From positions 30,135 to 94,134 of the forward strand of contig DASPGH010000125.1 in the NCBI GenBank assembly GCA_035620735.1: a stretch of 64,000 nucleotides of DNA. The letters are read 5' to 3'. The position numbers and the translations under genes were made by a program. Numbering within the stretch: the stretch's first letter is position 1; the number at the start of each line of letters is the position of its first letter. Below are positions 1 to 8,794 of this stretch, in pieces. The notes below the pieces were generated by a model. That model was given only the letters and a program-made list of their open reading frames with translations. It was not told where the DNA came from and did not search any database. Source of the DNA: Acidimicrobiia bacterium (lineage in GTDB: Bacteria > Actinomycetota > Acidimicrobiia > Spongiisociales > ZC4RG35).

Positions 1-1
1 A

Positions 2-463
2 ATAGAAGAGGAGAAGTTGCGGCAGATCCTGGAGGCGGGTCGTCGCACGCCGTCGTCACGCAACTCCCAGCGCTGGACCTTCATCGTGGTGCGTGATCGT
101 GACCGTCTCGAGCGGCTCTCGAACGTGTGGCGAGGAGCTGCACACATCGCCGACGCACACGTCGCCATCGCCGTCGTCGCCCCGCACAGCGATGACCTTC
201 GTGAGAACGGGTCGATCAACTTCGACCTGGGCCAGGCGGTCTCCTCGATGATGATCGCTGCGGCCGACCTTGGGATCGGGAGCAGGCATGCATCGGTGGA
301 GGACTACGACCTCGGAGCCGAGATCCTCGAGCTCCCCGACGACCAACGTCTCACCTGGCTCTTCGGTCTCGGCTATCCCGGCGACCGTCCCATGAAGCCG
401 GTGGTCCACCCCGACCGCCGCCCCTTCGACGAAGTGGTCCATCGAGAGGTGTGGACCGGATAG
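2..463 (+). CDS. Nitroreductase-family flavoprotein, 5' end cut by window edge
   Basis: ORF 17..463 stays open back to nt 2 (IEEEKLRQILEAGRRTPSSRNSQRWTFIVV...). This resembles the N-terminal signature of the NAD(P)H nitroreductase fold. TAG stop at 461-463. Confidence 0.7.
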   Translation: MEEEKLRQILEAGRRTPSSRNSQRWTFIVVRDRDRLERLSNVWRGAAHIADAHVAIAVVAPHSDDLRENGSINFDLGQAVSSMMIAAADLGIGSRHASVEDYDLGAEILELPDDQRLTWLFGLGYPGDRPMKPVVHPDRRPFDEVVHREVWTG

Positions 464-465
464 CG

Positions 466-640
466 GTCACTTCATCGATGTGGTGCAGCCAAGTGCGCTG
501 AGGGTTGATATCCGCACAAGAGATTGGTGGCGATGATCGGCGGTGCAGCCAAGTGCGCTGAGGGCTGATGTCTGCACACGAGATCGCCATCGGGCGAGGT
601 TCACTTGATCGACCTCTCAGTAGGGTTGATCGCTGAGCAG
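466..640 (+). repeat. Tandem ~60-bp repeat array (2 good units + 1 degenerate) filling the leader of the first O-demethylase gene
   Basis: 482-524 and 542-584 are 39/43 identical (GGTGCAGCCAAGTGCGCTGAGGG[T/C]TGAT..[C/T]GCACA.GAGAT). A third degenerate unit (601-640) keeps TCACTTGATCGA (compare TCACTTCATCGA at 468-479) and TAGGGTTGAT. Each unit can fold (GTGCAG...CTGCAC). Confidence 0.85.
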
Positions 641-666
641 TGACGATTGACACCGGGAGGGCTCAC

Positions 667-2043
667 GTGGCGGCCGGGACACTTCAGGACAAGATCGACG
701 CAGCCGACGGAGTCGTCGACATGCTGCGCAACGCCCAGGTCGGCCCCAATGTCTATCCGGGTGTCCCACCTGAGTTCACAAATTGGCGGGATGAGCAATG
801 GGCCTGGCAGAACACGTGCGTCTTGTTCGACCTCTCCTATCACATGGTCGATCTGGCGCTCGATGGCCCCGACGCACTGGAACTGCTCACCACAGTTGGG
901 TTCAACAGCTTTGAGGGATTCGAGGTCGACAACGCCAAGCATCTCGCCCCGTGCAGCCCCGACGGCTATGTCATCGGTGACGTCATCCTCTTCTATCTGG
1001 CCCCGGAGAAGTTCGACCTGGTGGGCCGAGTGCCCTCGCTCAACTGGATCATGTATCAGGCCGAGCAGGGTGGCTTCGACGTCTCTTGTGAGGTGGACCA
1101 GCGCACTGCCTTGCGCGAGGACAAGACGAGACGGAAGTCTTATCGGCTCCAGCTGCAGGGACCCAACGCCCTCGCCGTCGTCGGCGAGGTCCTCGGATCG
1201 CCGCCGCCCGAAGTCAGATTCTTCAACATGACGACAGTCGACATCGCCGGGATCCCGGTCCGGGCTCTTCGTCACGGCATGGTTGGCCAACCCGGGTTCG
1301 AGCTCTTCGGGCCCTGGGAGGACAAGGAGCGGGTGGTGGAGGCCATCCTGGCTGCGGGGGATGAGTTCGGCCTGCGTCGGGTCGGTTCCCGTGCCTACTC
1401 GTCGAACACCTTGGAGTCGGGCTGGATCCCATCTCCGCTGCCAGCCGTCTACTCGGGTGACGGTTTGGCCGCCTACCGGCGGTGGCTTCCCGCCGATGGC
1501 TACGAGGGGTCGGCCTCGTTGGGTGGAAGCTTCGTCTCCGCAGACGTCGAGGACTACTACTTCACACCCTGGGATCTCGGGTACGGGCGATTCGTCAAGT
1601 TCGACCACGATTTCATCGGAAGGGATGCGTTGGAGGAGATGTCGGGGCAACCACAGCGCACCGAGGTCACCCTGACTCTCGACAGTGACGACGTTCTGAC
1701 TGCCATCGGCTCACAATTCAGTGACGGGGAGCGCGCCAAGTTCATGGAGTTTCCCTCGGCGGTGTACGCGATGCACCCTTATGACGCGGTGATGGTCGAC
1801 GACGAGACCGTTGGGATATCGACCTGGATCGGGTACAGCTCCAACTACCGGGAGATGCTGACCCTGGCTGTTGTCGACGAGGCTCGCTCGGAGCCGGGCA
1901 CACCGGTCACGTTGATCTGGGGTGAGCCGGACGGTGGCACAGCCAAGTTGAACGTCGAGCCCCACACCCAATACGAGATTCGAGCGACTGTGGCCCCGGT
2001 TCCCTATTCGAGGGTGGCCCGGGAGGCCTACCGGGCCGGCTGA
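667..2043 (+). CDS. Tetrahydrofolate-dependent aromatic O-demethylase, LigM/DesA type (GcvT/aminomethyltransferase fold), copy 1
   Basis: ORF 640..2043. The N-terminus ..MLRNAQVGPNVYPGVPPEFTNWRDEQWAWQNTCVLFDLSYHM.. is typical of vanillate/syringate O-demethylases and aligns along its length with the paralogue at 24081..25478. I prefer GTG 667 over GTG 640: it has GGGAGG at 655-660 with a 6-nt spacer and matches the paralogue N-terminus. Confidence 0.85.
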   Translation: MAAGTLQDKIDAADGVVDMLRNAQVGPNVYPGVPPEFTNWRDEQWAWQNTCVLFDLSYHMVDLALDGPDALELLTTVGFNSFEGFEVDNAKHLAPCSPDGYVIGDVILFYLAPEKFDLVGRVPSLNWIMYQAEQGGFDVSCEVDQRTALREDKTRRKSYRLQLQGPNALAVVGEVLGSPPPEVRFFNMTTVDIAGIPVRALRHGMVGQPGFELFGPWEDKERVVEAILAAGDEFGLRRVGSRAYSSNTLESGWIPSPLPAVYSGDGLAAYRRWLPADGYEGSASLGGSFVSADVEDYYFTPWDLGYGRFVKFDHDFIGRDALEEMSGQPQRTEVTLTLDSDDVLTAIGSQFSDGERAKFMEFPSAVYAMHPYDAVMVDDETVGISTWIGYSSNYREMLTLAVVDEARSEPGTPVTLIWGEPDGGTAKLNVEPHTQYEIRATVAPVPYSRVAREAYRAG

Positions 2044-2052
2044 CGCCCTCGC

Positions 2053-2832
2053 TCACACACCCTGCAGGGCGCGGGCGCTCGAGCTGATCTCCTCGGCGGT
2101 GGCGATGAGCCTCGGCCTGAACTCCGACTTCATCCGACTGACGGTCACCCGGGACGCATGACACGAGATGTTCATCGCAGCGATGACATCGCCCCGGGAG
2201 TTCGTGATCGGCGCGGCGATGGAGCGAACCCCTTCCTCGAGCTCCTGATCGACGAGTGCATACCCCTGGGCCCGCACTTCGTGGAGTCGTGCTCGAAGCT
2301 CTGAAGGGTCGGTGATCGTGTGCGGGGTGAGTGCGAGCATTTCGGTCTTGGCGAGATACTCGGATACCTCATCGTCGGACAACCCGGCGAGCAGGACCCG
2401 TCCCATCGAGGTCGGGTAGACGGGGAGACGTGACCCGAGGGCGAGCGCAATGGTCATTATCCGAGTGGTGGGGACACGAGCCACATAGACGATCTCGGTG
2501 TCGTCGAGGATCGACATCGATGAAGACTCCTTGACCTCGTCGACGAGACGCTCCATGGGCTCTTGGGCCAGCTCGACCACGCGGAACGACGACAGAAACG
2601 AATAGCCCAGATCGAGGACACGTGGGGTGAGGGCGAATCCACGCCCGTTCTGACGCACGTAGCCCAGCTCGCTGAGCGTCAGCAGAATCCGGCGAGCCGT
2701 TGCCCGGGTGAGACCGGCCGCGTTGGCGACTTCGCTCAGTGTCTGGATCTGGCGGTCACGCGAGAACGAGTTGATGACGGCAAGACCCCTCTCCAGGGAC
2801 TGGATGAAATCACGTGATCTATCCGAGGCCAC
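2053..2832 (-). CDS. pcaR: IclR-family transcriptional regulator (PcaR/PcaU-like)
   Basis: 259-aa ORF with GTG start. It has an N-terminal winged HTH (LSEVANAAGLTRATARRILLTLSELGYV) plus an IclR effector domain. It is the last gene of the pcaI-pcaJ string. Confidence 0.85.
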   Translation of the reverse strand: MASDRSRDFIQSLERGLAVINSFSRDRQIQTLSEVANAAGLTRATARRILLTLSELGYVRQNGRGFALTPRVLDLGYSFLSSFRVVELAQEPMERLVDEVKESSSMSILDDTEIVYVARVPTTRIMTIALALGSRLPVYPTSMGRVLLAGLSDDEVSEYLAKTEMLALTPHTITDPSELRARLHEVRAQGYALVDQELEEGVRSIAAPITNSRGDVIAAMNISCHASRVTVSRMKSEFRPRLIATAEEISSSARALQGV

Positions 2833-2852
2833 TACAGCACTCTAGAGCATTT

Positions 2853-2867
2853 GTGCGCAGAGCGAAC
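2853..2867 (-). promoter_or_regulatory. Candidate IclR/PcaR operator box GTTCGCTCTGCGCAC (minus strand)
   Basis: Lies in the 43-nt pcaJ-pcaR spacer, 21-35 nt upstream of the regulator GTG. It overlaps the palindrome CGAACGGTTCG (2863-2873). The same GTTCG-N5-CGNAC frame occurs at 4573, 4592, 14371 and 25529. Confidence 0.5.
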
Positions 2868-2875
2868 GGTTCGAC

Positions 2876-3649
2876 CTATTCGCGCCGCGCGTGGGCGCGG
2901 GCGGTTCTCGCTTTGAGGTCACGGAGGATGGAGAGCTCCTCGACTGTGGGTGGCGCGGTGACATCGAGCGCATCGGCGACTCTCAGCTCCCAACCGGTCT
3001 GACCGATCACATCTTCGACGGACACACCGGGGTGGATGGCAACGAGCTCCAGTTCGTATGTCGACGGGTCCGGTCTCAGGATCCCGAGGTCGGTGATCAC
3101 CACGGTCGGGCCTGAGCCGGTATGCCCTTCCCGACCGGCCCCTTTGACCCCAAATCCAACCGAGGTCACGAAATCGACCTCCTCGACGAACGCCCGTTTC
3201 GAGTGACGCAGCATCACGATGACCTCGCCTGCCGAGGAGGCGATCTCCGGAGCGCCACCGGCACCCGGCAGCCGAACCTGGGGGTTGTCGTAGTCGCCGA
3301 TGACGGTGCTGTTGAGGTTGGCGAAGCGATCGATCTGGGCCGCTGAGAGAAAGCCGACGTCGACCCGGCCCGCCTGAAGCCAGTAAGAGAAGATCTCCGG
3401 GACGCTCACGACGAGGTCGGCGTGATCGGCGAGCTCGCCGTCCCCGATCGAGAGGGGGAGGACTTCGGGGCTGGTGCCGATCGTGCCCGACTCATAGATG
3501 AGGACCACATTGGGGGCGTGGGAGAGGCGGGCCAGGTTGGCCGCCTCGCTGGGGAGGCCGATGCCGACGAAACAGACCTGGCCGTCGTGAAGCTGTCGAG
3601 CTGCGACGACCGACATGATCTCATCGGTCGTGTACTCGTTGTCAGACAT
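2876..3649 (-). CDS. pcaJ: 3-oxoadipate:succinyl-CoA transferase, subunit B
   Basis: ORF 2876..3679. Start moved to ATG 3649 (MSDNEYTTDEIM..), which overlaps the pcaI stop (ATGTCTGA). CoA-transferase beta core is present (VCFVGIGLPSEAANLA..YESGTIG). Confidence 0.85.
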   Translation of the reverse strand: MSDNEYTTDEIMSVVAARQLHDGQVCFVGIGLPSEAANLARLSHAPNVVLIYESGTIGTSPEVLPLSIGDGELADHADLVVSVPEIFSYWLQAGRVDVGFLSAAQIDRFANLNSTVIGDYDNPQVRLPGAGGAPEIASSAGEVIVMLRHSKRAFVEEVDFVTSVGFGVKGAGREGHTGSGPTVVITDLGILRPDPSTYELELVAIHPGVSVEDVIGQTGWELRVADALDVTAPPTVEELSILRDLKARTARAHARRE

Positions 3650-4511
3650 CGACGCCCTCGAGGAGAGCCCCGGTGTCACGTGCGCTCAGATAGCCACTGA
3701 AGTCGTCCACCGACATGACGAATCGGTCCATCCAGGCAGAGAATCGCTCCCGATCGCGCGAGATGCCGTCCCAGGCCGTGTAGAAGAGATTGTCCCGTGT
3801 CGTGTAGCCCATCGAATACGAGGGGTGCGACCCTTCGGGGACGTGGGCGATGGCGTCGACCGTCCATGCCGGCAACACGGCGTGGTTGGGTCCGGCAACG
3901 GTCAACACGTCGACCACTTCCTCCACGGTGACGACGACCCTTGCAGCAGCCAGGGCCACCTCTCGCTGTACTCCGGTGATGCCCCACATGCCCACGTTCC
4001 CGTGTCGGTCGGCCTGTTGGGCGTGGATGATCGTCACGTCCGGGTTGATCGCTGGCACGGCCCGCAGGTCCTCCCCTGTGAACGGGCACGTGATGGGGGC
4101 CACGTTGGTCAGGGTCTCGAGATCGGTGCCCAAGTATCCGCGAAGCACCCCAAATGGCAGCCCCGAGGCCCCCGCGGTGTATCGAGCGGCCATCCCCGCG
4201 TGGCTGTGCTCCTCGATGTCGATCGACCGTGGGTAATCGTTCTCCACGGCATCACGAAGACGGTGCAGAGAGCCGACTCCCGGATTCCCGCCCCAGGAGA
4301 AGACCAGCTTGGCAGCGCACCCCATCCCCAGCATCTGGTCGTAGATGACGTCTGGTGTCATTCGGATCAGGGTCAGGTCTCGTTTGCCCTGTCTGAGGAT
4401 CTCGTGGCCCGCGGCGAAGGGAATCAGATGGGTGAAACCCTCCATCGCCACCACCGACCCGTCCGCCACGTTGTCGGCGATCGCACTACGGAGACTGGTG
4501 AATTCGGCCAA
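3642..4511 (-). CDS. pcaI: 3-oxoadipate:succinyl-CoA transferase, subunit A (glutaconate-CoA-transferase-like)
   Basis: 289 aa, TTG start 6 nt behind CAGGAG. GFTHLIPFAAGHEILRQGKRDLTLIRMTPD.. is typical of CoA-transferase alpha subunits. Translationally coupled to pcaJ. Confidence 0.85.
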   Translation of the reverse strand: MAEFTSLRSAIADNVADGSVVAMEGFTHLIPFAAGHEILRQGKRDLTLIRMTPDVIYDQMLGMGCAAKLVFSWGGNPGVGSLHRLRDAVENDYPRSIDIEEHSHAGMAARYTAGASGLPFGVLRGYLGTDLETLTNVAPITCPFTGEDLRAVPAINPDVTIIHAQQADRHGNVGMWGITGVQREVALAAARVVVTVEEVVDVLTVAGPNHAVLPAWTVDAIAHVPEGSHPSYSMGYTTRDNLFYTAWDGISRDRERFSAWMDRFVMSVDDFSGYLSARDTGALLEGVDV

Positions 4512-4572
4512 CTGGGACTCCTGATCGCTGAACCTGCGGTCGACCGGGTTCAGCCCGAGTCAACCCGGCTGT

Positions 4573-4606
4573 GTTCGGACACCGCACATGCGTTCGGCTA
4601 GCGTAC
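4573..4606 (+). promoter_or_regulatory. Two direct 15-bp PcaR-type boxes in the pcaI / pobA divergent spacer
   Basis: GTTCGGACACCGCAC (4573-4587) and GTTCGGCTAGCGTAC (4592-4606), 19 bp apart, lie between the pcaI start (4511) and the pobA start (4703). Confidence 0.55.
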
Positions 4607-4702
4607 GACCAGCCTCGAATTGGTGTCAAGCGAGGAACACCACATGAGACACATGATAATTTGGCGGCGACCCCCGGCCCTTTCCGAGCCCGGCTCGCAC
4701 CT

Positions 4703-5890
4703 ATGACTGAAGTCCCAGATCGAACCCAGGTTGCGATCATCGGGGGTGGCCCGGCCGGGTCCCTGCTCTCCTACATGCTCCATCTCGAGGGTATAGAAAG
4801 TGTGGTCCTCGAGCTCTTCAGCAAGGACCATGTTCTGGGAAGGGTGCGCGCCGGCGTCATCGAGCACGGCAGTGCCAGGATTCTGCGTCAGCTGGGTCTG
4901 GGTGATCGAATGGATGCCGAGGGATTCGTCCACGACGGCGTGAACCTCGCTTTCGCCGGCGAGATGCTCCGGGTCGATTTCGAAGGGCTCGTCGGCAAGA
5001 ACGTGATCATCTATGGCCAGACCCAGCTGCAGAAAGACCTCTACGACGCCATCGAGGGTGCGGGGATCGTGCTTCTCGACGAGGCAGAGAACACCCAGCT
5101 GCACGACATCGACACGGATGGTCCCCGCGTCACTTTCGAGCGTGAGGGGAGGTCTCACACCATCTTCTGTGACTACGTGGTGGGATGCGACGGTGTCCGC
5201 AGCAGCATGCGGGAGTACATCCCTTCTGACCACCGCCGGGAGTTCGAGCGTCTCTACCCCTTCGTTTGGGTCGGGGTGTTGTCCCCGACCCCTCCGGTCA
5301 ACGACGAGCTCATCTACGCCAACCACCCCGACGGGTTCGCTCTGTGCTCGATGCGAAACAAGAATCTGAGTCGCTATTACGTCCAGGGCGCCGCCGACGA
5401 CTCGCCCGAGGACTGGCCCGACGACCGATTCTGGGAGGCACTGAAGACGAGGCTTCCCCAGGGCCCGGCGGGGAGGCTGGTGACTGCACCGACTCTGGAG
5501 ACCATCGTCACCCCCTTGCGCAGTTGGGTGATGGAACCGATGCGTCACGAGCGTCTCTTCCTCGCAGGCGATGCCGCTCACGTGGTGCCTCCAACCGGCG
5601 CCAAAGGGCTCAATCTCGCCGTCTCCGACGTGGTCTATCTGGCTCGTGCTCTGACCCGCTTCTACAGGGAGGGCTCCACCGAAGGCCTCGACGGTTATTC
5701 GGACACTGCACTTGCCCGGGTCTGGAAGGCCGTCCGTTTCTCGTGGTGGATGACACAGACGATGCACCGGTTCCCGGGAATCAGTGACGACTTCGACCGG
5801 CGGCTGCAGGCAACCGAGCTCGGATATCTGTTTCAATCGGAGAACGCACAGAAGTCCCTGGCGGAGAACTACGTGGGTTTGCCACTCTGA
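4703..5890 (+). CDS. pobA: 4-hydroxybenzoate 3-monooxygenase
   Basis: ORF 4571..5890. Start moved to ATG 4703 (MTEVPDRTQVAIIGGGPAGSLLS, GxGxxG FAD fold), giving a PobA-like length of about 395 aa. C-terminal LFLAGDAAHVVPPTGAKGLNLA motif is present. Confidence 0.9.
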   Translation: MTEVPDRTQVAIIGGGPAGSLLSYMLHLEGIESVVLELFSKDHVLGRVRAGVIEHGSARILRQLGLGDRMDAEGFVHDGVNLAFAGEMLRVDFEGLVGKNVIIYGQTQLQKDLYDAIEGAGIVLLDEAENTQLHDIDTDGPRVTFEREGRSHTIFCDYVVGCDGVRSSMREYIPSDHRREFERLYPFVWVGVLSPTPPVNDELIYANHPDGFALCSMRNKNLSRYYVQGAADDSPEDWPDDRFWEALKTRLPQGPAGRLVTAPTLETIVTPLRSWVMEPMRHERLFLAGDAAHVVPPTGAKGLNLAVSDVVYLARALTRFYREGSTEGLDGYSDTALARVWKAVRFSWWMTQTMHRFPGISDDFDRRLQATELGYLFQSENAQKSLAENYVGLPL

Positions 5891-5919
5891 CCTGGGCGTA
5901 TGGTGAGGGAGAGCTGACT

Positions 5920-6288
5920 ATGACCAGGTTCGAAGACGGGATGGAGGTGAGGAGGCGGGTGCTCGGCGATGAGCACGTCGATGGGGCAACCGATGCCATC
6001 AACGATCTCGACCGTGACTTCCAGGAGTGGATCACCGAAAACGTCTGGGGTGGTGTCTGGACCCGCCCCGGGCTGGACCTGAAGACCCGGAGCACCGTCA
6101 CGATCGCCATCCTGGGCGCCCTGAATCACGAGGAGCTCGCCCTTCATCTGCGGGCGGCGAGAAACACCGGGGTGAGTGCGGGGGAGATCACCGAAATTCT
6201 CCTCCACGTAGCGGTGTATGCCGGGGTTCCTGCCGCCAACCGAGCTTTCAAATTGGCCAAACAGATATACGAAGAAGGTGAGTCATGA
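5920..6288 (+). CDS. pcaC: 4-carboxymuconolactone decarboxylase (stand-alone CMD domain)
   Basis: 122 aa with a CMD fold (..LDLKTRSTVTIAILGALN..ELALHLRAA..EITEILLHVAVYAGVPAA). Its stop overlaps the pcaH start (ATGA). Confidence 0.85.
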   Translation: MTRFEDGMEVRRRVLGDEHVDGATDAINDLDRDFQEWITENVWGGVWTRPGLDLKTRSTVTIAILGALNHEELALHLRAARNTGVSAGEITEILLHVAVYAGVPAANRAFKLAKQIYEEGES

Positions 6289-7004
6289 GCAAGACGATCA
6301 TCAGGCATTACGGGCCCCGGGCCTACCCGGATCACCCGCCGTTCGACTACCCGGCCTACAAGTCAACCATCAAACGGAACCCGAAACAGGATCTGCTCTC
6401 GATCGTGGAGACCCTCACCGAGAGTACCGGGCCGGGTCCGGCATGGACCGAGATCGTCGGCGAGGATGCCGACCTCACCACCAACGCCGGGACCGGTGGC
6501 CAGGCGATCGGCGAGCGGATCATCGTCACCGGGAGGGTGCTCGACGAGAACGGGAACGGCATTCCCAACACAGTGCTCGAGATCTGGCAGGCCAATGCCG
6601 CCGGACGCTACGTGCACTGGCGGGAGACCAACCTGAAAGCACCGCTCGACCCCAATTTCATCGGAGTCGGCCAATGCATCACCGATGAAGACGGGGTCTA
6701 TCGGTTCACCACGGTGAAGCCGGGGCCCTACCCCTGGGGGAACCACCCAAACGCTTGGAGACCGGCACACATCCACTTCTCGCTGTTCGGCAACTCTCTG
6801 GGAAGCAGGTTGGTGACCCAGATGTACTTCGAAGGCGATCCGCTTCTACCCCTCGACCCGATCTACAACTCGCCACCGGAGCACTCCCGGACACGCATGG
6901 TCGCCAAGTACGACCATGACGTCACTCAGGAAGCGTGGGCCACCGGTTGGCGCTGGGACATCGTGCTCCGCGGGGAGGAGAGCATGGTCGAGGTCGCCGA
7001 ATGA
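6285..7004 (+). CDS. pcaH: Protocatechuate 3,4-dioxygenase beta subunit
   Basis: 239 aa. Contains VLEIWQANAAGRYVH and the RPAHIHFSLFG intradiol dioxygenase iron-ligand region. Confidence 0.9.
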   Translation: MSKTIIRHYGPRAYPDHPPFDYPAYKSTIKRNPKQDLLSIVETLTESTGPGPAWTEIVGEDADLTTNAGTGGQAIGERIIVTGRVLDENGNGIPNTVLEIWQANAAGRYVHWRETNLKAPLDPNFIGVGQCITDEDGVYRFTTVKPGPYPWGNHPNAWRPAHIHFSLFGNSLGSRLVTQMYFEGDPLLPLDPIYNSPPEHSRTRMVAKYDHDVTQEAWATGWRWDIVLRGEESMVEVAE

Positions 7005-7582
7005 GTGAGAAGCTGGGTCAGACCCCCTCCCAGACTCTGGGGCCGTACTTTGCGATTCGCATCGCCAACGGAGAGGAGTGGCGACTGCCGGTCCCCGACG
7101 GCGCACAACGGATCGTGATCACGGGAAGGGTCCTCGACTCCGACGAGGATCCCGTCGGTGACGCCATGGTCGAGACCTGGCAGGCCAACCCGGCGGGACG
7201 TTACAACCACCCCGATGACCGGAGAGAACTGGATCTGGCCGAGGAATTCAGCGGGTTCGCCAGGGCGAAGACCGAGTTCGAGACCGGGGAGTACCGGATC
7301 GAGACGGTGAAGCCGGGTCCGGTCCCCGACCCCGAGGGCGAGCCACAGGCTCCCCACATCTCCGTCATCGTGCAAGCCCGCGGAATGCTCAACCCGGTCT
7401 TCACCCGTCTCTATTTCTCCGACGAGCCGGAGGCCAACGATCACGACCTCGTGATGCGGAGGGTGCCCAGCGAGCGCCGCGACACCCTGGTCGCCAAACA
7501 TGTCGAGGGTTCCGATCCGGCCGAGTATCGATTCGACATCAAGCTCCAGGGGGACAACGAGACGGTCTTCTTCGATGTCTGA
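7001..7582 (+). CDS. pcaG: Protocatechuate 3,4-dioxygenase alpha subunit
   Basis: ORF 6935..7582. Start moved to ATG 7001 (ATGA overlap with the pcaH stop). Contains TPSQTLGPYF, VETWQANPAGRYNHP and APHISVIVQARGM. Confidence 0.88.
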   Translation: MSEKLGQTPSQTLGPYFAIRIANGEEWRLPVPDGAQRIVITGRVLDSDEDPVGDAMVETWQANPAGRYNHPDDRRELDLAEEFSGFARAKTEFETGEYRIETVKPGPVPDPEGEPQAPHISVIVQARGMLNPVFTRLYFSDEPEANDHDLVMRRVPSERRDTLVAKHVEGSDPAEYRFDIKLQGDNETVFFDV

Positions 7583-7600
7583 CGCCCCCGTGGGCCGCGA

Positions 7601-8737
7601 GTGAGCGTGTCACCACTTTCTATCTGGGGTCTGAGCACCCCGGAGATGGACGAGACTTTCAGCGCCGACCGCATCGTCGCAGCCATCCTCCGCTTCGAGG
7701 CAGCCCTGGCTCTGTCGTTGGCCGATGCCGGTATCGCACCCATCGCCGAGGCGCAGGCGGTGGCCTCGGCATGTGATGTGACCGTGGGCGACGCAAGGGG
7801 GCTCCTGGCGACGACGTGGGAGACCGGCACCCCGATGCTGGCCATAATCGAGCTCGTAGAAGCTCGTCTGGAGTCGGACGAGCAGCGACGCTGGGTCCAC
7901 CATGGATCGACCACCCAGGACGTCATCGACACCGCTCACATGCTCCTGATCAAGGAAGCCCTCGCTCTGCTCGAGGCAGGATTCGTCGAACTGGCCCGGA
8001 CGATGAGCGGTCTTGCATCGGAGCATCGCGACCAGCCTCAGATGGGCCGTACGTTTCTCCAGAACGCGTTACCAACCACCTTTGGTCTGCGTGTTGGGGG
8101 GTGGCTCGACCCGGTGTTGACCCATCTCGAGCGTTTTCGGGCGACACGGGCTGGGCTCGCCCTCCAGTTCGGGGGCCCGGTGGGGAATCTGGCGCCATTC
8201 GGCGATCACGCGTCGGCGGTTGCATCTGCGCTGGCCACTCGTCTCGAGCTGGCAGTCTCTGAGGTCCCCTGGCACACCGATCGGACAAGGATCCGCGACG
8301 TGGTCAACGTCGTGGAAAACGCCGTGGCCAGCCTCGCCAAGGTCGCCGCCGACGTGGCGCTTCTGGCCCAGAGCGGCATCGGCGAGGTCACCACCCGCTC
8401 GGGCGGCTCTTCGAGCATCCCGCACAAGAAGAACCCGATCGACTCGGTGAGGGCTCTGGCCGCTACCGACATCTGTCGTGGCGCCGCCGCCATCGTCCGC
8501 GGCGGCCGACCCCACGAGCTGGACCGGTCGCTTGGCTCCTGGCAGGCCGAGTGGGCGGCGATACCTCTGCTCTTCTCGTCGGCCTCCGCAGTGATCGAGG
8601 CCACCAACACTCTTCTCGCCAGCCTCGAGATCAACGCCTCCGCCATGGACTGGAGGGCGGGGGAGACCCCAACGCCTCCCAAAACCGACCTGATCGACTC
8701 GGTGCTTGCCCGCTACCACCAGCTCCTGGACGACTGA
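7601..8737 (+). CDS. pcaB: 3-carboxy-cis,cis-muconate cycloisomerase
   Basis: 378 aa, fumarase/aspartase-lyase superfamily with the GSSSIPHKKNP signature loop. It sits directly after pcaHG. GTG start. Confidence 0.85.
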   Translation: MSVSPLSIWGLSTPEMDETFSADRIVAAILRFEAALALSLADAGIAPIAEAQAVASACDVTVGDARGLLATTWETGTPMLAIIELVEARLESDEQRRWVHHGSTTQDVIDTAHMLLIKEALALLEAGFVELARTMSGLASEHRDQPQMGRTFLQNALPTTFGLRVGGWLDPVLTHLERFRATRAGLALQFGGPVGNLAPFGDHASAVASALATRLELAVSEVPWHTDRTRIRDVVNVVENAVASLAKVAADVALLAQSGIGEVTTRSGGSSSIPHKKNPIDSVRALAATDICRGAAAIVRGGRPHELDRSLGSWQAEWAAIPLLFSSASAVIEATNTLLASLEINASAMDWRAGETPTPPKTDLIDSVLARYHQLLDD

Positions 8738-8748
8738 CAGACCGTTCC

Positions 8749-8790
8749 GTGCGGATTTGTGGGGACTGAGTCCCTGTAAACCCGCACAGA
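8749..8790. repeat. 42-nt imperfect palindrome (REP-like), probable bidirectional terminator between pcaB and the SDR gene
   Basis: GTGCGGATTTGTGGGGACTGAGTCCCTGTAAACCCGCACAGA folds as a long imperfect hairpin. It is 35/42 identical to 25598-25639. Confidence 0.7.
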
Positions 8791-8794
8791 CGGG

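Noticed and set aside
466-640. Tandem repeats (here and at 35756-35982) as a small CRISPR array
   Set aside because: There are only 2-3 units. The 'spacers' are short and partly homologous to each other, the units are internally palindromic in a REP-like way, and there are no cas genes in 64 kb.
464-666. THF (folate) riboswitch in front of the THF-dependent O-demethylase
   Set aside because: The idea is attractive because of the cofactor, but I cannot reproduce a THF-I or THF-II consensus from memory well enough to match it. The element is a tandem duplication, which is atypical for a riboswitch aptamer. It needs an Rfam scan before any claim.
640-666. GTG 640 as the start of O-demethylase copy 1
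   Set aside because: It has no Shine-Dalgarno and lies inside the third repeat unit. GTG 667 has GGGAGG at optimal spacing and matches the paralogue's N-terminal length. It remains possible, so it is noted as an alternative.
5335-5349. GTTCGCTCTGTGCTC inside pobA as a fifth PcaR-type box
   Set aside because: The second half-site has two mismatches (TGCTC vs CGCAC), and it lies deep in coding sequence (..DGFALCSM..). It is most likely chance.
4598-5836. Long antisense or alternate-frame ORFs (e.g. 601..1650 -, 4598..5836 -, 13107..14237 +, 20744..21892 +, 30944..32293 +, 49694..50980 -, 53657..54418 -)
   Set aside because: These are typical high-GC shadow ORFs: Arg/Gly/Pro-rich, with no recognisable domains. 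Each fully overlaps a gene with a strong family signature on the other strand or frame.
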